DNA from: Vampirovibrionales bacterium
Lineage (GTDB): Bacteria; Cyanobacteriota; Vampirovibrionia; Vampirovibrionales; JAJTHC01
Direction of reading: 5' to 3'
NCBI GenBank assembly: GCA_035285385.1
Contig: JAYKJM010000001.1
Span: forward strand, 1 to 39,820
Length of the DNA: 39,820 bases
Within the stretch, counting starts at the first letter, position 1. Every line of letters begins with the position of its first letter. Shown one piece after another: positions 17,677 through 27,976 of the stretch. A program made the position numbers and the translations under genes. The notes beneath the pieces are model-generated. The model made no database searches. It worked only from the letters and a program-made list of their open reading frames with translations, and had not been told where the DNA came from.

Positions 17677-18738
17677 ATGGTTTCTCATGCATCTGAGCGC
17701 ACACGCGCAGCTTACCTTATTACCGGCGGTGCCGGCTTTATTGGCGCACATGTTGCAGAACAACTCCTCAAGGCAGGGGCGCGCGTCTGGGTTATTGATG
17801 ACTTTAACGACTACTACGATCCAACCCTTAAAGAGGCTGCCGTGGCACAGCTGGCGCGCTATGAACACTTTAGCCTCTATCGGGGTGATATTCGCAATAA
17901 GCATGCCATGGCATGTGTGTTTCAAGACATTGGAGCTGACTTATCGGCAGCTTGTGAACGTAAACAAGGGGGCATTATTCACCTGGCCGCTCGCGCGGGT
18001 GTTCGCCCCTCGCTAAAAGACCCTCAGCTTTACTTTGAAACCAATGTCAATGCAACCCTAACCTTGGCCGAACTGGCAAAGGCCTACGGCATTGATCGTT
18101 TTGTGTTTGCCTCCTCAAGCTCAGTCTATGGTGAGCGGGGACAAAACACGGCCAATCCTTCATTTACAGGCTTTCAAGAAACCGATGACATCTCAAAGCC
18201 CATTTCACCTTATGCCGCAAGCAAAATTGCAGCCGAACAACTGCTTCATACCTATGCGCATTTGCATAATATTCAGGTTGTCGCGTTGCGGTTTTTTACC
18301 GTTTATGGGCCTCGGCAACGACCCGATTTGGCGATTCACAAGTTTACCCGCCTGATTGATCGCGGTCAAAGCATCCCTGTTTTTGGAGATGGTTCTGCTC
18401 GTCGCGATTTTACCTATATTGATGATATTCTTCAGGGAATTTTGGCCGCCTTGACGTTTGATCAGTTTACAGGCGCCTCACCGATGGAAATTTTCAATCT
18501 GGGCGAGTCTGCAACCATTTCAGTCAGCCACTTGATAGCCCTGATTGAATCGGCGTTGGGCAAAAAGGCAACAATTGAGTTTCATCCTGCCCACCCCGGC
18601 GATGTCAGCCTGACGTTTGCCAATATTGGCAAGGCAAACACATTGCTTGGCTACCATCCAGAAACGCCTATTGAAAAAGGGATCCAGCGCTTTGTTGACT
18701 GGTACCAAACGCAAGCTGTTCCTTCTGTGCGGGCTTAA
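17677..18738 (+). CDS. NAD-dependent sugar-nucleotide epimerase (extended SDR, UDP-glucuronate/UDP-glucose 4-epimerase-like)
   Basis: Rossmann motif ITGGAGFIGAHV, the catalytic YAASKIAAE (YxxxK), and RFFTVYGPRQRPDLAIHKF, which is typical of GalE-family uronate epimerases. Confidence 0.88.
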   Translation: MVSHASERTRAAYLITGGAGFIGAHVAEQLLKAGARVWVIDDFNDYYDPTLKEAAVAQLARYEHFSLYRGDIRNKHAMACVFQDIGADLSAACERKQGGIIHLAARAGVRPSLKDPQLYFETNVNATLTLAELAKAYGIDRFVFASSSSVYGERGQNTANPSFTGFQETDDISKPISPYAASKIAAEQLLHTYAHLHNIQVVALRFFTVYGPRQRPDLAIHKFTRLIDRGQSIPVFGDGSARRDFTYIDDILQGILAALTFDQFTGASPMEIFNLGESATISVSHLIALIESALGKKATIEFHPAHPGDVSLTFANIGKANTLLGYHPETPIEKGIQRFVDWYQTQAVPSVRA

Positions 18739-18885
18739 CACGCATGCCTTTAGCATTGCAAAACCCATACCCTCTGGCGTATAAATAGGGTTTGATGGTG
18801 ATTCTTTAAAATTTCATCAAATTTGCTTTCCGTTTGCAGATTTTTTTATATCGATTTTAGTGACCCAATAGGATTTTGTACCCCC

Positions 18886-19104
18886 ATGGCTGACCCACGT
18901 CCCAAAAAACGTTGTTATTTCATGTCCAATGGCATTTCTCACATTGATTTTAAAGATGCCGCCTTCTTAAAGCGCTTTTTAAGTGATCACGGTAAAATTT
19001 TGCCCCGCCGCGTCACGGGCATCAGCGCCTACTATCAAAATCGTCTAAAAAATGCCATTAAACGTGCCCGTGCGGCTGGCATTCTACCTTTTGTGATGGA
19101 TTAA
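18886..19104 (+). CDS. rpsR: 30S ribosomal protein S18
   Basis: [63 protein letters not shown] matches the S18 consensus. Start trimmed to ATG18886. No rpsF, ssb or rplI is adjacent. Confidence 0.92.
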   Translation: MADPRPKKRCYFMSNGISHIDFKDAAFLKRFLSDHGKILPRRVTGISAYYQNRLKNAIKRARAAGILPFVMD

Positions 19105-19216
19105 TGTAACCTCATATACCCCATCCACCTATGAGTTTTCAAGCGTCTTCAGATTGTGATCTGGAGGCGCTTGTTTATGACACTCGCTATCTCTAAGCCA
19201 CTATCATTTGATGACA

Positions 19217-20272
19217 TTAATGGGTGAGCATCATTTCATTTTCACGCATTCTGAGTTGACGTCGCAAAATAGCCGTCTCTGCCCGCTGTTGTTGAATGGG
19301 AGTTGTCGGCGTCCACGGTGGCACTGACGTTGGACGGTTATTAAAGCCTAGCCGCACATAAATTAAAAAACTACTGGCCACCAAACGTGTTTGACCGGTC
19401 AGGGGATTTAAGGCATGCACATCGACCTGAATTTCCATGGAGGTCGTAAAACTCTGCGTAATAATCGACTGTGCCCGAACGGTTTCTCCGATGTAGACCG
19501 GCGCTAAAAAGCTCATACGATCCTGTCGGGCACAGGCCACAGGGCCTGACAGCGCATGAAGTTCGGCCGCCTTACGCCCTGCATCATGAATAATCGCCAG
19601 AATAACGCCCCCAAAAACGTTGCCATTGGCGTTGGCGTCATTTGGGGTCATTTGCTGCTCAACCATTTGAATCAAGGCCATGGCTTGAGGGGTATCGGGC
19701 TCATTGACGGCAATCAGCTGTGTCTGTTTTGCTTCCAACAAACGCATCTCTTTTCGGGCATCGGCTGATGCGGCAAGCGCTTTTTCGTCATCCGTCTCAC
19801 AGCGTAAGCCCGCTATGGCATGTTTCTCCAATTTTTGACCCCGCAACCCCACACCCACATAAACCAAATAACTGGTTGCCACGGGCAGGGTTTCATCGGT
19901 CTGAAAATTCCATGAGTGCACCGTCACCTGACATTCCATGGAGGTTTGCCAAACTCGGGTTAAGCGACTATCAACGGTAATAACATCCCAGGGTTTAACC
20001 GGATTAATAAAATTGGTTCGATCGAGCATCGCCGTCACCACGGTTAAATCGGGTCCCACGTGGCGCTTGGTTGTAATGGCGCCTGCAATATCTATAAGCT
20101 TCAGAACCGTGCTGGCGCGCACCAATCCAGAACCATCAGAATAGCTGGGATAGGCGGGGACACGAAGTGTAAATGCCGAGGCATCCGCAGATAAAATGGA
20201 AACAACAGACGAGGATGCATCAGACGTCATCGAGACACCAAAAACCATGCCAACAATTAAAGCGATTACCAA
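19217..20272 (-). CDS. Acyl-CoA thioesterase with tandem hotdog (4HBT) domains
   Basis: The second domain has the canonical MTPNDANANGNVFGGVILAIIHDAGRKAA. The first domain is a degenerate copy (GLVRASTVLKLIDIAGAITTKRH). The hydrophobic N-terminus MVIALIVGMVFGV may reflect an over-extended start (alternative ATG at 20230). Confidence 0.78.
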   Translation of the reverse strand: MVIALIVGMVFGVSMTSDASSSVVSILSADASAFTLRVPAYPSYSDGSGLVRASTVLKLIDIAGAITTKRHVGPDLTVVTAMLDRTNFINPVKPWDVITVDSRLTRVWQTSMECQVTVHSWNFQTDETLPVATSYLVYVGVGLRGQKLEKHAIAGLRCETDDEKALAASADARKEMRLLEAKQTQLIAVNEPDTPQAMALIQMVEQQMTPNDANANGNVFGGVILAIIHDAGRKAAELHALSGPVACARQDRMSFLAPVYIGETVRAQSIITQSFTTSMEIQVDVHALNPLTGQTRLVASSFLIYVRLGFNNRPTSVPPWTPTTPIQQQRAETAILRRQLRMRENEMMLTH

Positions 20273-20486
20273 AAGACATCAAGATAAATGACCTACGCGA
20301 ATCATCACATAAAACCGATGATTTTTGGATGCATTCAGCTACAATAGACACCGTATCACTTTTCTCTCTGATTTTGTTTTGTGAAGTGAGAGAAGTCAGT
20401 AAAATCTCAGTCAAATCAAGGTTGAAAGCCTTCTGAAAGACTTGTTAATCTCGTAAAAATGATACCGCCCTGGTGTCTTATCCCTT

Positions 20487-22610
20487 ATGACATCCCCTCA
20501 AGCGTCTCACCCTGAATTGCCCGTGGACATCCCACTGCGTTCTCAAACTATTGGCAGCCGTCTGGGGATTTTGGCGGGATTGGTGCTTTTATTGGTCACC
20601 ATTCTCTTGATGTTTCTGGTCTCGGTGAATCTTGGCTTTATTCTGGCCAAGGGTGCCAGTGCCCTGCCCGATGTCCGACTGCTCATGCAATGGCAGCCAA
20701 GTCAAAGTACCCGCATTTTTGACCGCGATGGGGAGCTTATTGCCAACATTCATGGGGATGAAGATCGGGTTGTGGTGCCGTTAAAAGATATTTCACCCAA
20801 CATTTGTCGCGCGGTAATGGCCATTGAAGATAATCGCTTTTACACGCATAACGGTATTGATATCCGAGGAACCGCCCGTGCCATCGTTCAAAATCTTAAA
20901 GGTGGCGACATGCAGGGTGGCAGTACGCTGACGCAACAACTTGTCAAAAACCTCTTTTTAAGTCCAGAGCGCTCTATTGGCAGAAAACTGGCCGAAGCGT
21001 TACTGGCGTTGCGGGTTGAGCAGTACTATGACAAAAACCGTATACTGGAGATGTACCTCAACCAAGTGTATTGGGGTAATCAGGCCTATGGCATTGAAAA
21101 AGCGGCTCGCCGTTATTTTAAGAAGTCTGCCAGTGAGCTCACCATTGCAGAGTCTGCTCAGTTAGCTGGCTTGCTCAAGGCGCCTGAGGGGCTTTCTCCG
21201 TTTCATTACCCCCAGGCAGCTCGCAAACGCCAGCTTGAAGTCCTTGAAGCCATGGTTAAATTTGGCTACATCACGCCAGAACAGCAAAAAGCAGCCATTA
21301 ACACCCAGTTAGTCTTTAATGATCAAGCCCCCAAAGCGTCGAGGCATCCTTATTTTGTGGCGCACGTCATTCAGGAATTAATAAAAATATACGGCAGCGA
21401 CGTGGTTCGCCGGGGGGGATTACGCGTTTACAGCACCATGGATGCCCAAGCACAGGATGCGGCCGAAAAAGCCATGGAAAATGGGGTCGGCAAGCTCCCC
21501 AAGAGTTCTCTGATTAACCAGGCGGCCCTGGTTTCAATGGATGTTGAAACCGGCGAAATTCTGGCTCTGGTAGGAGGGCTTGACTTTACAAAAAGCCAGT
21601 TTAATTCGGCGGTTCAAGCCAGCCGTGCTGCAGGCTCTACGTTCAAGCCCGTAGTTTATCTTACCGCGTTGCGGTTGGGCTTAATCACGCCGGAGAGCAT
21701 GATAGTGGATCGCCCCGTGTATTTTAATACGGGCTACAGCACGTGGGTTCCCAAAAACTGGGATGGTCGCTACATGGGCAGCATGACGATTCGACGCGCG
21801 CTTGCCTTAAGCCGAAATACCCCCACTGTGCAAATCGGGATGAAAGTCGGCATTGATGAAGTCATTAAAACCGCGCAGGCGGCAGGAGTGAGCTCTACAA
21901 TTATCCCAAATTTTTCCAGTCTGCTCGGATCTTCCGGGGTGTCTCCCATGGAAATGCTGACGGTTTATAATACTTTTGCCCGCATGGGTGAGAGGATATT
22001 GCCCACGGCCATTCAGCGGGTAGAAGATACCCGTGGTCATGACGTTGCTCTGGAGCGCCCACAGCCTGAGCGCGTTTTTGATGCCTACAATGTGAGCCAA
22101 CTGGTCAGCATGTTGATTGATGTGGTTGAAACCGGCAGCGGAAAATCGGCTCGAGTTGAAGGCCGGGTGGTTGCGGGTAAAACTGGCACCTCGGATCGCG
22201 TGGTCGATATCTGGTTTGCTGGCTTTACACCAGACATCAGCACCGTGGTGTGGATGGGCAATGAGCGTAATCAACCGCTTCGAGGCGTATTTAGCTTTAA
22301 TGCCGCCCAAGTTTTTCACGATTACACCAAAGCCTACTACGAGGCGCACCCGTTGCCCGCACGCGGCTTTGATCTGGTTGAATTGCGCGGAAAATACCCG
22401 AAAAAGAAAAAATTAGATGCTGCTAATGCCCCCTCCAAGCCACCAGCTGCAACCGAAGCCTCCCCATCCGATTCCGCCACCCAAAACGCTATGGACAGCA
22501 ATCAAGAGCCTCGAAATCCCCAAGCGCCTTCCTCAACCCCTCAACAGACCTCTCTACCTCCAGCTGCGACATTACCGCCGCCGCCTGTCCCCTTGGCACC
22601 TGTTCGCTAG
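20487..22610 (+). CDS. Class A penicillin-binding protein (bifunctional GT51 glycosyltransferase/transpeptidase), copy 1
   Basis: N-terminal TM anchor. GT51 motifs are EDNRFYTHNGID and GGSTLTQQLVKN. Transpeptidase motifs are STFKP (SxxK), SRN (SxN) and KTGTS. The C-terminal tail is Pro/Ser/Ala-rich. Confidence 0.92.
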   Translation: MTSPQASHPELPVDIPLRSQTIGSRLGILAGLVLLLVTILLMFLVSVNLGFILAKGASALPDVRLLMQWQPSQSTRIFDRDGELIANIHGDEDRVVVPLKDISPNICRAVMAIEDNRFYTHNGIDIRGTARAIVQNLKGGDMQGGSTLTQQLVKNLFLSPERSIGRKLAEALLALRVEQYYDKNRILEMYLNQVYWGNQAYGIEKAARRYFKKSASELTIAESAQLAGLLKAPEGLSPFHYPQAARKRQLEVLEAMVKFGYITPEQQKAAINTQLVFNDQAPKASRHPYFVAHVIQELIKIYGSDVVRRGGLRVYSTMDAQAQDAAEKAMENGVGKLPKSSLINQAALVSMDVETGEILALVGGLDFTKSQFNSAVQASRAAGSTFKPVVYLTALRLGLITPESMIVDRPVYFNTGYSTWVPKNWDGRYMGSMTIRRALALSRNTPTVQIGMKVGIDEVIKTAQAAGVSSTIIPNFSSLLGSSGVSPMEMLTVYNTFARMGERILPTAIQRVEDTRGHDVALERPQPERVFDAYNVSQLVSMLIDVVETGSGKSARVEGRVVAGKTGTSDRVVDIWFAGFTPDISTVVWMGNERNQPLRGVFSFNAAQVFHDYTKAYYEAHPLPARGFDLVELRGKYPKKKKLDAANAPSKPPAATEASPSDSATQNAMDSNQEPRNPQAPSSTPQQTSLPPAATLPPPPVPLAPVR

Positions 22611-22624
22611 AGTACTTGCCGATT

Positions 22625-25387
22625 ATGTATTGCTCCAGATTGATTAAGCCAATACTGGCTCTGACATATGCTTTGTCGATGGGCTTATTTTTTATTCCAA
22701 CGGCTCATGCAAGCATGCCCGAACCGGTTCTTACCACCCTGCCCAATGGCCATCGTGTCATTTCGGTAAGCAACCCCAATTCATCGGTTGTAACCATTGA
22801 CACCTGGGTAGACACAGGCTCGGTCAATGAGACCTTATCTTCGACACCCTCGGCTCAACCTGCTGGCAACAACGGCGTCAGTCACTTTCTGGAGCATCTG
22901 CTGTTTAAGGGGACGGCCACCCTAAAACCTGGTGATTTGGACAGATTGCTCGAGCGGCGAGGCGCCAACTTCAACGCAGCCACAAGCGACGACTACACGC
23001 ACTATCATTTGACCACGCCGGTGCCATATTTTGAGGAAGCCCTGCGCCTGCATGGCGACATGCTCCTAAATGCCGCGCTTCGAAAAGACGACGTGGATCG
23101 TGAACGCCCTGTCGTGCAAGAGGAAATTCATCGTGCCACGGATAATCCCAATCATGATTTATTTCAAGCCCTCACCCGGCATTTATATGGGGCCAACCAT
23201 CCCTACGCGCTGGATACCTTAGGCCCCAAAGCCCTGATTGCCAGCATGCCTCTTGATGATATTCGAGCTTATTATCGTTGTTGGTACCAACCCAGTCATT
23301 TAACCACGGTTGTGGCTGGCGGTATTACGGCCGAGCAGGCGCTGACCATGGTTCAAGAAGCATTCACCTTTCCCAAAGCAGACCACGCTGACTGTCATCC
23401 AAAGCCCATTGCCACGCCCCAATATCCCAAACAACCTGTTGTTGAAGTTCTAACGCATCCACAATTGTCAGATGCTAAACTGATTCTGGCGTTTGAGTCG
23501 CCGAGCCTTAACGATCGAATTGTGAATGACCCTAAAAGAGCTGTTAATCAGGCAACACCCCGCTCTATTGGCTATGACGCTTTAGCCGAGGTGTTGGCAG
23601 GCGGTAGAACCGCACGACTTGTCAAACGTTTACGGGAGGACAACGGCTGGGTCACCGACATCAGCGCGGGTAACCTAACCCAGCGCTATGGCGGCATGAT
23701 GATGATCAGTGCCGAGATGGCGCCAAATCGGGTGCTGGATGTTGCCCGAGACATTGTTGATGAACTCCATCATCTGGAATCTGACGGCATTAGCGCCTCT
23801 GAGCTGCAGCGGATTAAAACTGCCGTGGATCGAGATTTTGTCTACCTAAGCCAATCCACCGAAGACGTGGCCAGCACCGTGGGGTATTATGCCAGCCTGG
23901 CCAAACTGGACGATTACACGCAGTATCGAGATCGTGTGGCAGCTCTGTCTCAAGAAGAGCTTAATGCTTTGGCCAAAACTGCATTTCCAATGCAATCTGC
24001 CGTGTTACTCGTGATGCTGCCAGAAAATCCAACCGAGGCACCGCTCGATCATGCGCACATCAAAAAAACGCTCAAACAATTACTCACGCAACCGGCAAAG
24101 CCTTCATCCAAGGTTGTGACTTCTTCAGCAGAGATAGTACCTTTCTTTAAAACAAAACTCGCGCAGGGGCCAACCCTGATTGTCAAATCATTGCCAGAGG
24201 CAAGCACCGTGGCTATAAACATCAGTATTCCAGGAGGAAGCAGTGTTGAAACCACACCAGGAACTGCCAAATTAACCGCACAAATGCTCTCCAAAGGCTC
24301 TACCACGCGCACGCTTGAACAACTGAACGCTCTACTCGATGATCGTCATATGTCTCTGACAATGAATGCCGGATCAGATGCCATGCAAGCCGAAGGCGTT
24401 AGCGTGACGGAAGATTGGCCGCTGCTTTTAAACACGATGGCAGATGTCATGCAACATCCAGCCTTTACTCAAAGTAAGCTCGCTCAAGAGCAAGCACTGA
24501 TGCTTCAGGAGCTCGCTACCAGCCTGGATGCTCCTTCTTCCTTGATGTTTGACGCCTTAAATACCCGCCTCTACGGTCGTAAATCTCCCTACGGAGTGTC
24601 GACCGCTCAAACGGTACAAGGTGTTCAATCCCTCAAGCGTCGTCATTTACAACGCTATCACCATCGCTGGCTCACACCCGATCGCTGGATTGTCACCGTG
24701 GTTGGAAATGTTGACCCAGAAACCATTCAGCAAACCCTCTCTGGAATACTCGTGCAAACGCGTGAGCCAAATACGTTCAAAAATTTGCCAAAAGCAACGT
24801 CTTTTTCCGCCCAAACCAAACAAAATCGCCCTGTAGCCCCGCTCATCCATACCCGCTCAAAGCTTGCAGCAACCTGGATGGGGCTGGCATGGTTAGGGCC
24901 GTCGGTTGCTCAGAGAAAAGATTACCTGACCCTCAAGGTCATTAACAGCCTCATGGGAAGTGGCATGAGCAGCATTCTGTTTCGAACCTTACGCGAGCAG
25001 CAGAGCTTGGCGTATCAGGTAGCCAGTAGTTATGGCGGAAAGCGGCTCCCGAGTGCATTTATGATGTACCTGGCAACAGCCCCTCAGAATGAACAAAAAG
25101 CGCTCGATGGTTTAGAAACCCAACGCCAGCGGCTCATTTCTGGCAGTTTTACAGATGCGGATCTCGATGATGCCAAATCAAAACTGGTGGGTGCGTTTGC
25201 CGTGGCGCATGAAACCCCAGCCGCCCAAGCCAATTATCTGGCACTGTTTGAGACCCTGGGCCTTGAAGCCGAGTTTGATGAGCGCTTTAGAACTGAAATT
25301 CTTGCAGTAACCCGAGCAGATGTTCTAAGCGTTGCAAAACGCTATTTATCTGGCCCACCCGTTATTTCTATCGTGAAACCAGAATAA
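22625..25387 (+). CDS. Secreted M16 (pitrilysin/insulinase) zinc peptidase, fused two-module form
   Basis: Signal peptide ...FFIPTAHA/SMP. The HxxEH zinc site is GVSHFLEHLLFKG, with a downstream ERPVVQEEI Glu. The second half is an inactive M16-like module. TTG22616 is an alternative start. The gene starts 5-14 bp after the PBP gene. Confidence 0.87.
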   Translation: MYCSRLIKPILALTYALSMGLFFIPTAHASMPEPVLTTLPNGHRVISVSNPNSSVVTIDTWVDTGSVNETLSSTPSAQPAGNNGVSHFLEHLLFKGTATLKPGDLDRLLERRGANFNAATSDDYTHYHLTTPVPYFEEALRLHGDMLLNAALRKDDVDRERPVVQEEIHRATDNPNHDLFQALTRHLYGANHPYALDTLGPKALIASMPLDDIRAYYRCWYQPSHLTTVVAGGITAEQALTMVQEAFTFPKADHADCHPKPIATPQYPKQPVVEVLTHPQLSDAKLILAFESPSLNDRIVNDPKRAVNQATPRSIGYDALAEVLAGGRTARLVKRLREDNGWVTDISAGNLTQRYGGMMMISAEMAPNRVLDVARDIVDELHHLESDGISASELQRIKTAVDRDFVYLSQSTEDVASTVGYYASLAKLDDYTQYRDRVAALSQEELNALAKTAFPMQSAVLLVMLPENPTEAPLDHAHIKKTLKQLLTQPAKPSSKVVTSSAEIVPFFKTKLAQGPTLIVKSLPEASTVAINISIPGGSSVETTPGTAKLTAQMLSKGSTTRTLEQLNALLDDRHMSLTMNAGSDAMQAEGVSVTEDWPLLLNTMADVMQHPAFTQSKLAQEQALMLQELATSLDAPSSLMFDALNTRLYGRKSPYGVSTAQTVQGVQSLKRRHLQRYHHRWLTPDRWIVTVVGNVDPETIQQTLSGILVQTREPNTFKNLPKATSFSAQTKQNRPVAPLIHTRSKLAATWMGLAWLGPSVAQRKDYLTLKVINSLMGSGMSSILFRTLREQQSLAYQVASSYGGKRLPSAFMMYLATAPQNEQKALDGLETQRQRLISGSFTDADLDDAKSKLVGAFAVAHETPAAQANYLALFETLGLEAEFDERFRTEILAVTRADVLSVAKRYLSGPPVISIVKPE

Positions 25388-25490
25388 AAAAACCGACTCA
25401 ACATAGCCTCAAAACAGCATCGGATGCAAAAAATGTGCCTATTTTTGGCTGCGTTTTTAAAAGCATCATGAAGCCGCAAGCCGGTCTACG

Positions 25491-27872
25491 TTACAGTGCA
25501 CTCAAACGATTTCGAACATAGCGGGTGAGTTCAGTGTCAGCGGTTTGCAACTCAAGGTAACGTTCAAAGGCTGAACGCGCCGACGTTTTGTCCGCTTTGG
25601 CATCAAGTACAACCCCAAGGGCATAAAAAGCATCCGCATAATTGGGGTCAAGTGTGGTTGCTTTTTGATAGTCTGCAATGGCCAGCTGAGGCTTCTTGAG
25701 GGCTTCTAAAATTAAGCCACGGGTGTAATAAGCCACGGCATTTTTCGAGTTGGCGGCAATCGCCACATTAATTTGTTGTTGTGCCTGCCAGAACTGTTTA
25801 TTTTGGTAAGCGCTCAAGGCTTGATCGATGGCTTTTTGTGCCTGCGTGTCATCAAGCGCCAAAAGCGCTTGCTGCGCCTCTGGGAGTTGACTTGCCTGCT
25901 GATAAGCCAGCCTGGCCTTTGCCAGGTCTCCGGCTTGCTGGTAGGCCGTGCCGAGTGCATACGTTAACGAACTATCGTCAGGGGCCGATTTTATCAACAC
26001 CTCATAGAGCGAGGCGGCTCGAGCCGCGTCGTTATTGCCATTGCGCTGCTGTAACAGCCCCGCCAAGCTTCGTTTAACCTCCGGCAGATTGGTGTTAATC
26101 GCCAACGCATTGTCATAGGCTGTAATCGCCGCGTTGGTATCATTGGACTGTTGTGCTTTTACCCCCTGACGGATCAGCGCATCCACCTCCCCCTGGGTGG
26201 CACGCGCCAGTAAGTCTTGAATAACCGAATTTTGGGCATCCAGTTTTCGTGCCTCATTCAGCAAAGATCGTGATTTGGCCGCATCGCCTTTGGCTTGATA
26301 AATAACAGCTTGGTTGGCCAATATGGCGGCACGTTTTTTGGCACTGTCGGGGGTAACAGGATTATTTCCTCCTGGTAGCACCAACAGGGCGCGCTCATAG
26401 CCACTCAAGGCAGCATCCAGCTTGGAAGGGTTATTGGCCGCAATTTTATGGAGCATTTCTGCCACGTGAAGTTGAACATCAACTTGAAGGGCATAGCGCT
26501 TGACGTAGTCATCGAGGAGTTTTTGGGTCAGTGGCACCACCGCTGGATTGGGATGATTAAGCCCGGAGGCAAAAAGAGCCAGTAAAGCGTCGTGGGCACT
26601 TTGAGCCAAAGCAACATCGGTGGTTTTGGAGAGCACCTGATTATAGGCCATAACAGCATCATTGAGGCGTTTTGGATCTTGCAACGCAGACTCTTTATAA
26701 AGCGAAGCGCGATAATATAAAGCCTGCGCATTGCTTGGATCCGCTGAAATGACGCTGTTATAGGCCTCAAGGGCTTTTAGTGGCTGCGCCATTTCCTGGT
26801 AAAGGGTTCCCAGATTCAAACGAATCAATTTTTGGGTGTTGGCGTCAATCTTACTGGCACCCTCTCGGCTAAGACGCTCGGCTTCTGTGTACAACTGAAG
26901 GGCGGCATCATAGGCTTTGCGTTTTTGCAAAACGCCAGCCAAATTGGCCCGCCCTAAAATACTGCCTGGATTGTTGCGAATATCACTTGCCCAAATTTCT
27001 TCCAATAATCCAAGCGCCACCGGGTGAGATGAGTCCATGCTCAAAGCGCGATCAAGCGATTTAACCGCTTCGTTAGGTTGGCCAGCTTTAAATTGCGCGC
27101 TCCCCAGTTTAGCATAACTATCGGCGTTATTTAGGATGGCTGCCGATTGTTGATAGAAAGAAATGGCCAAATCTGGGCGGTTGAGCACGCTGTAAATATC
27201 GGCCAGGCGACTCTGCACGTCAGCACGTTCAGCTTGTGACATTGTTGAAGATTGCGTTAACACCTGCGACAAGGTCACAGAAGCGGGTCTCAAGTGGGCA
27301 GCACTTCGCTGCTGTTGCGCCAGATCAATCAAGCGTTTGCGATCGGTTGGCTTAATGGCCATATTGTTGAAAGCAATCTGGACATTTTCCTTGGCAATAC
27401 CGCGATTGCGCTCGTGCAGGGGACTTCTGGTAATACCCGCTGGCCATGCTGTATTAAGCAGGAAGAAGGCCTCTTCAAAATCCAGCAACGCCAATTCTGG
27501 CTGCTTGGCGGAAGATAAAAAATAGTTGCCTCGACGCATATAAACGGCAGCAAGGTTATTGTACAACGGCGCCAGGCTCACTTTAGGCGCAAGAGGAATG
27601 GCCCGTTGAAGGACGTCAATGGCTTGTGAGAGCTGACCATTGCTAATAAACTGATTGGCTTGTTCGCTAAGCTCAATGTAATTGGTGTAATCGCGATCTT
27701 CGACATCATTCTCCTGAGCCAGATTACGCCCGCCCCAGGTATTATTCACTGGGGCAGGCGGCTCGGCATAAGCCACAGAAAAACTCACGGCACCAGCCAG
27801 CGTGATGGACAGAGCCAAATTCAGGGTAACCAGCCGGAGTTGGCAGAACCTCAAGCGCGCTGAATAGGCCAT
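25491..27872 (-). CDS. Large exported tetratricopeptide-repeat protein
   Basis: About 790 aa of repeated TPR-like units (for example AVAYYTRGLILEALKKPQLAIADYQKATTLDPNYADAFYALGVV). N-terminal signal-like segment LALSITLAGAVSFSVAYA/EPP. Start set at ATG27872, preceded by AAGGGA. Confidence 0.8.
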   Translation of the reverse strand: MAYSARLRFCQLRLVTLNLALSITLAGAVSFSVAYAEPPAPVNNTWGGRNLAQENDVEDRDYTNYIELSEQANQFISNGQLSQAIDVLQRAIPLAPKVSLAPLYNNLAAVYMRRGNYFLSSAKQPELALLDFEEAFFLLNTAWPAGITRSPLHERNRGIAKENVQIAFNNMAIKPTDRKRLIDLAQQQRSAAHLRPASVTLSQVLTQSSTMSQAERADVQSRLADIYSVLNRPDLAISFYQQSAAILNNADSYAKLGSAQFKAGQPNEAVKSLDRALSMDSSHPVALGLLEEIWASDIRNNPGSILGRANLAGVLQKRKAYDAALQLYTEAERLSREGASKIDANTQKLIRLNLGTLYQEMAQPLKALEAYNSVISADPSNAQALYYRASLYKESALQDPKRLNDAVMAYNQVLSKTTDVALAQSAHDALLALFASGLNHPNPAVVPLTQKLLDDYVKRYALQVDVQLHVAEMLHKIAANNPSKLDAALSGYERALLVLPGGNNPVTPDSAKKRAAILANQAVIYQAKGDAAKSRSLLNEARKLDAQNSVIQDLLARATQGEVDALIRQGVKAQQSNDTNAAITAYDNALAINTNLPEVKRSLAGLLQQRNGNNDAARAASLYEVLIKSAPDDSSLTYALGTAYQQAGDLAKARLAYQQASQLPEAQQALLALDDTQAQKAIDQALSAYQNKQFWQAQQQINVAIAANSKNAVAYYTRGLILEALKKPQLAIADYQKATTLDPNYADAFYALGVVLDAKADKTSARSAFERYLELQTADTELTRYVRNRLSAL

Positions 27873-27976
27873 GGGATCCCTTCTTGAACAAGCAAACGAT
27901 GTTAGTAAGAGTTTTAAAATCAAGCTAAGCCCAATAAAATTGCCATCAAATTGTTTACAGTCTACGGCCTTGGTTA

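Noticed and set aside
19141-19172. Imperfect hairpin AAGCGTCTTCAGAT...ATCTGGAGGCGCTT after rpsR, as a possible terminator
   Set aside because: The stem relies on several G-U pairs and is followed only by GTTTAT. It is plausible but too weak to list as a feature.
21807-22349. 180-aa ORF antisense to PBP copy 1
   Set aside because: It is a shadow ORF opposite the conserved transpeptidase domain (KTGTS region).
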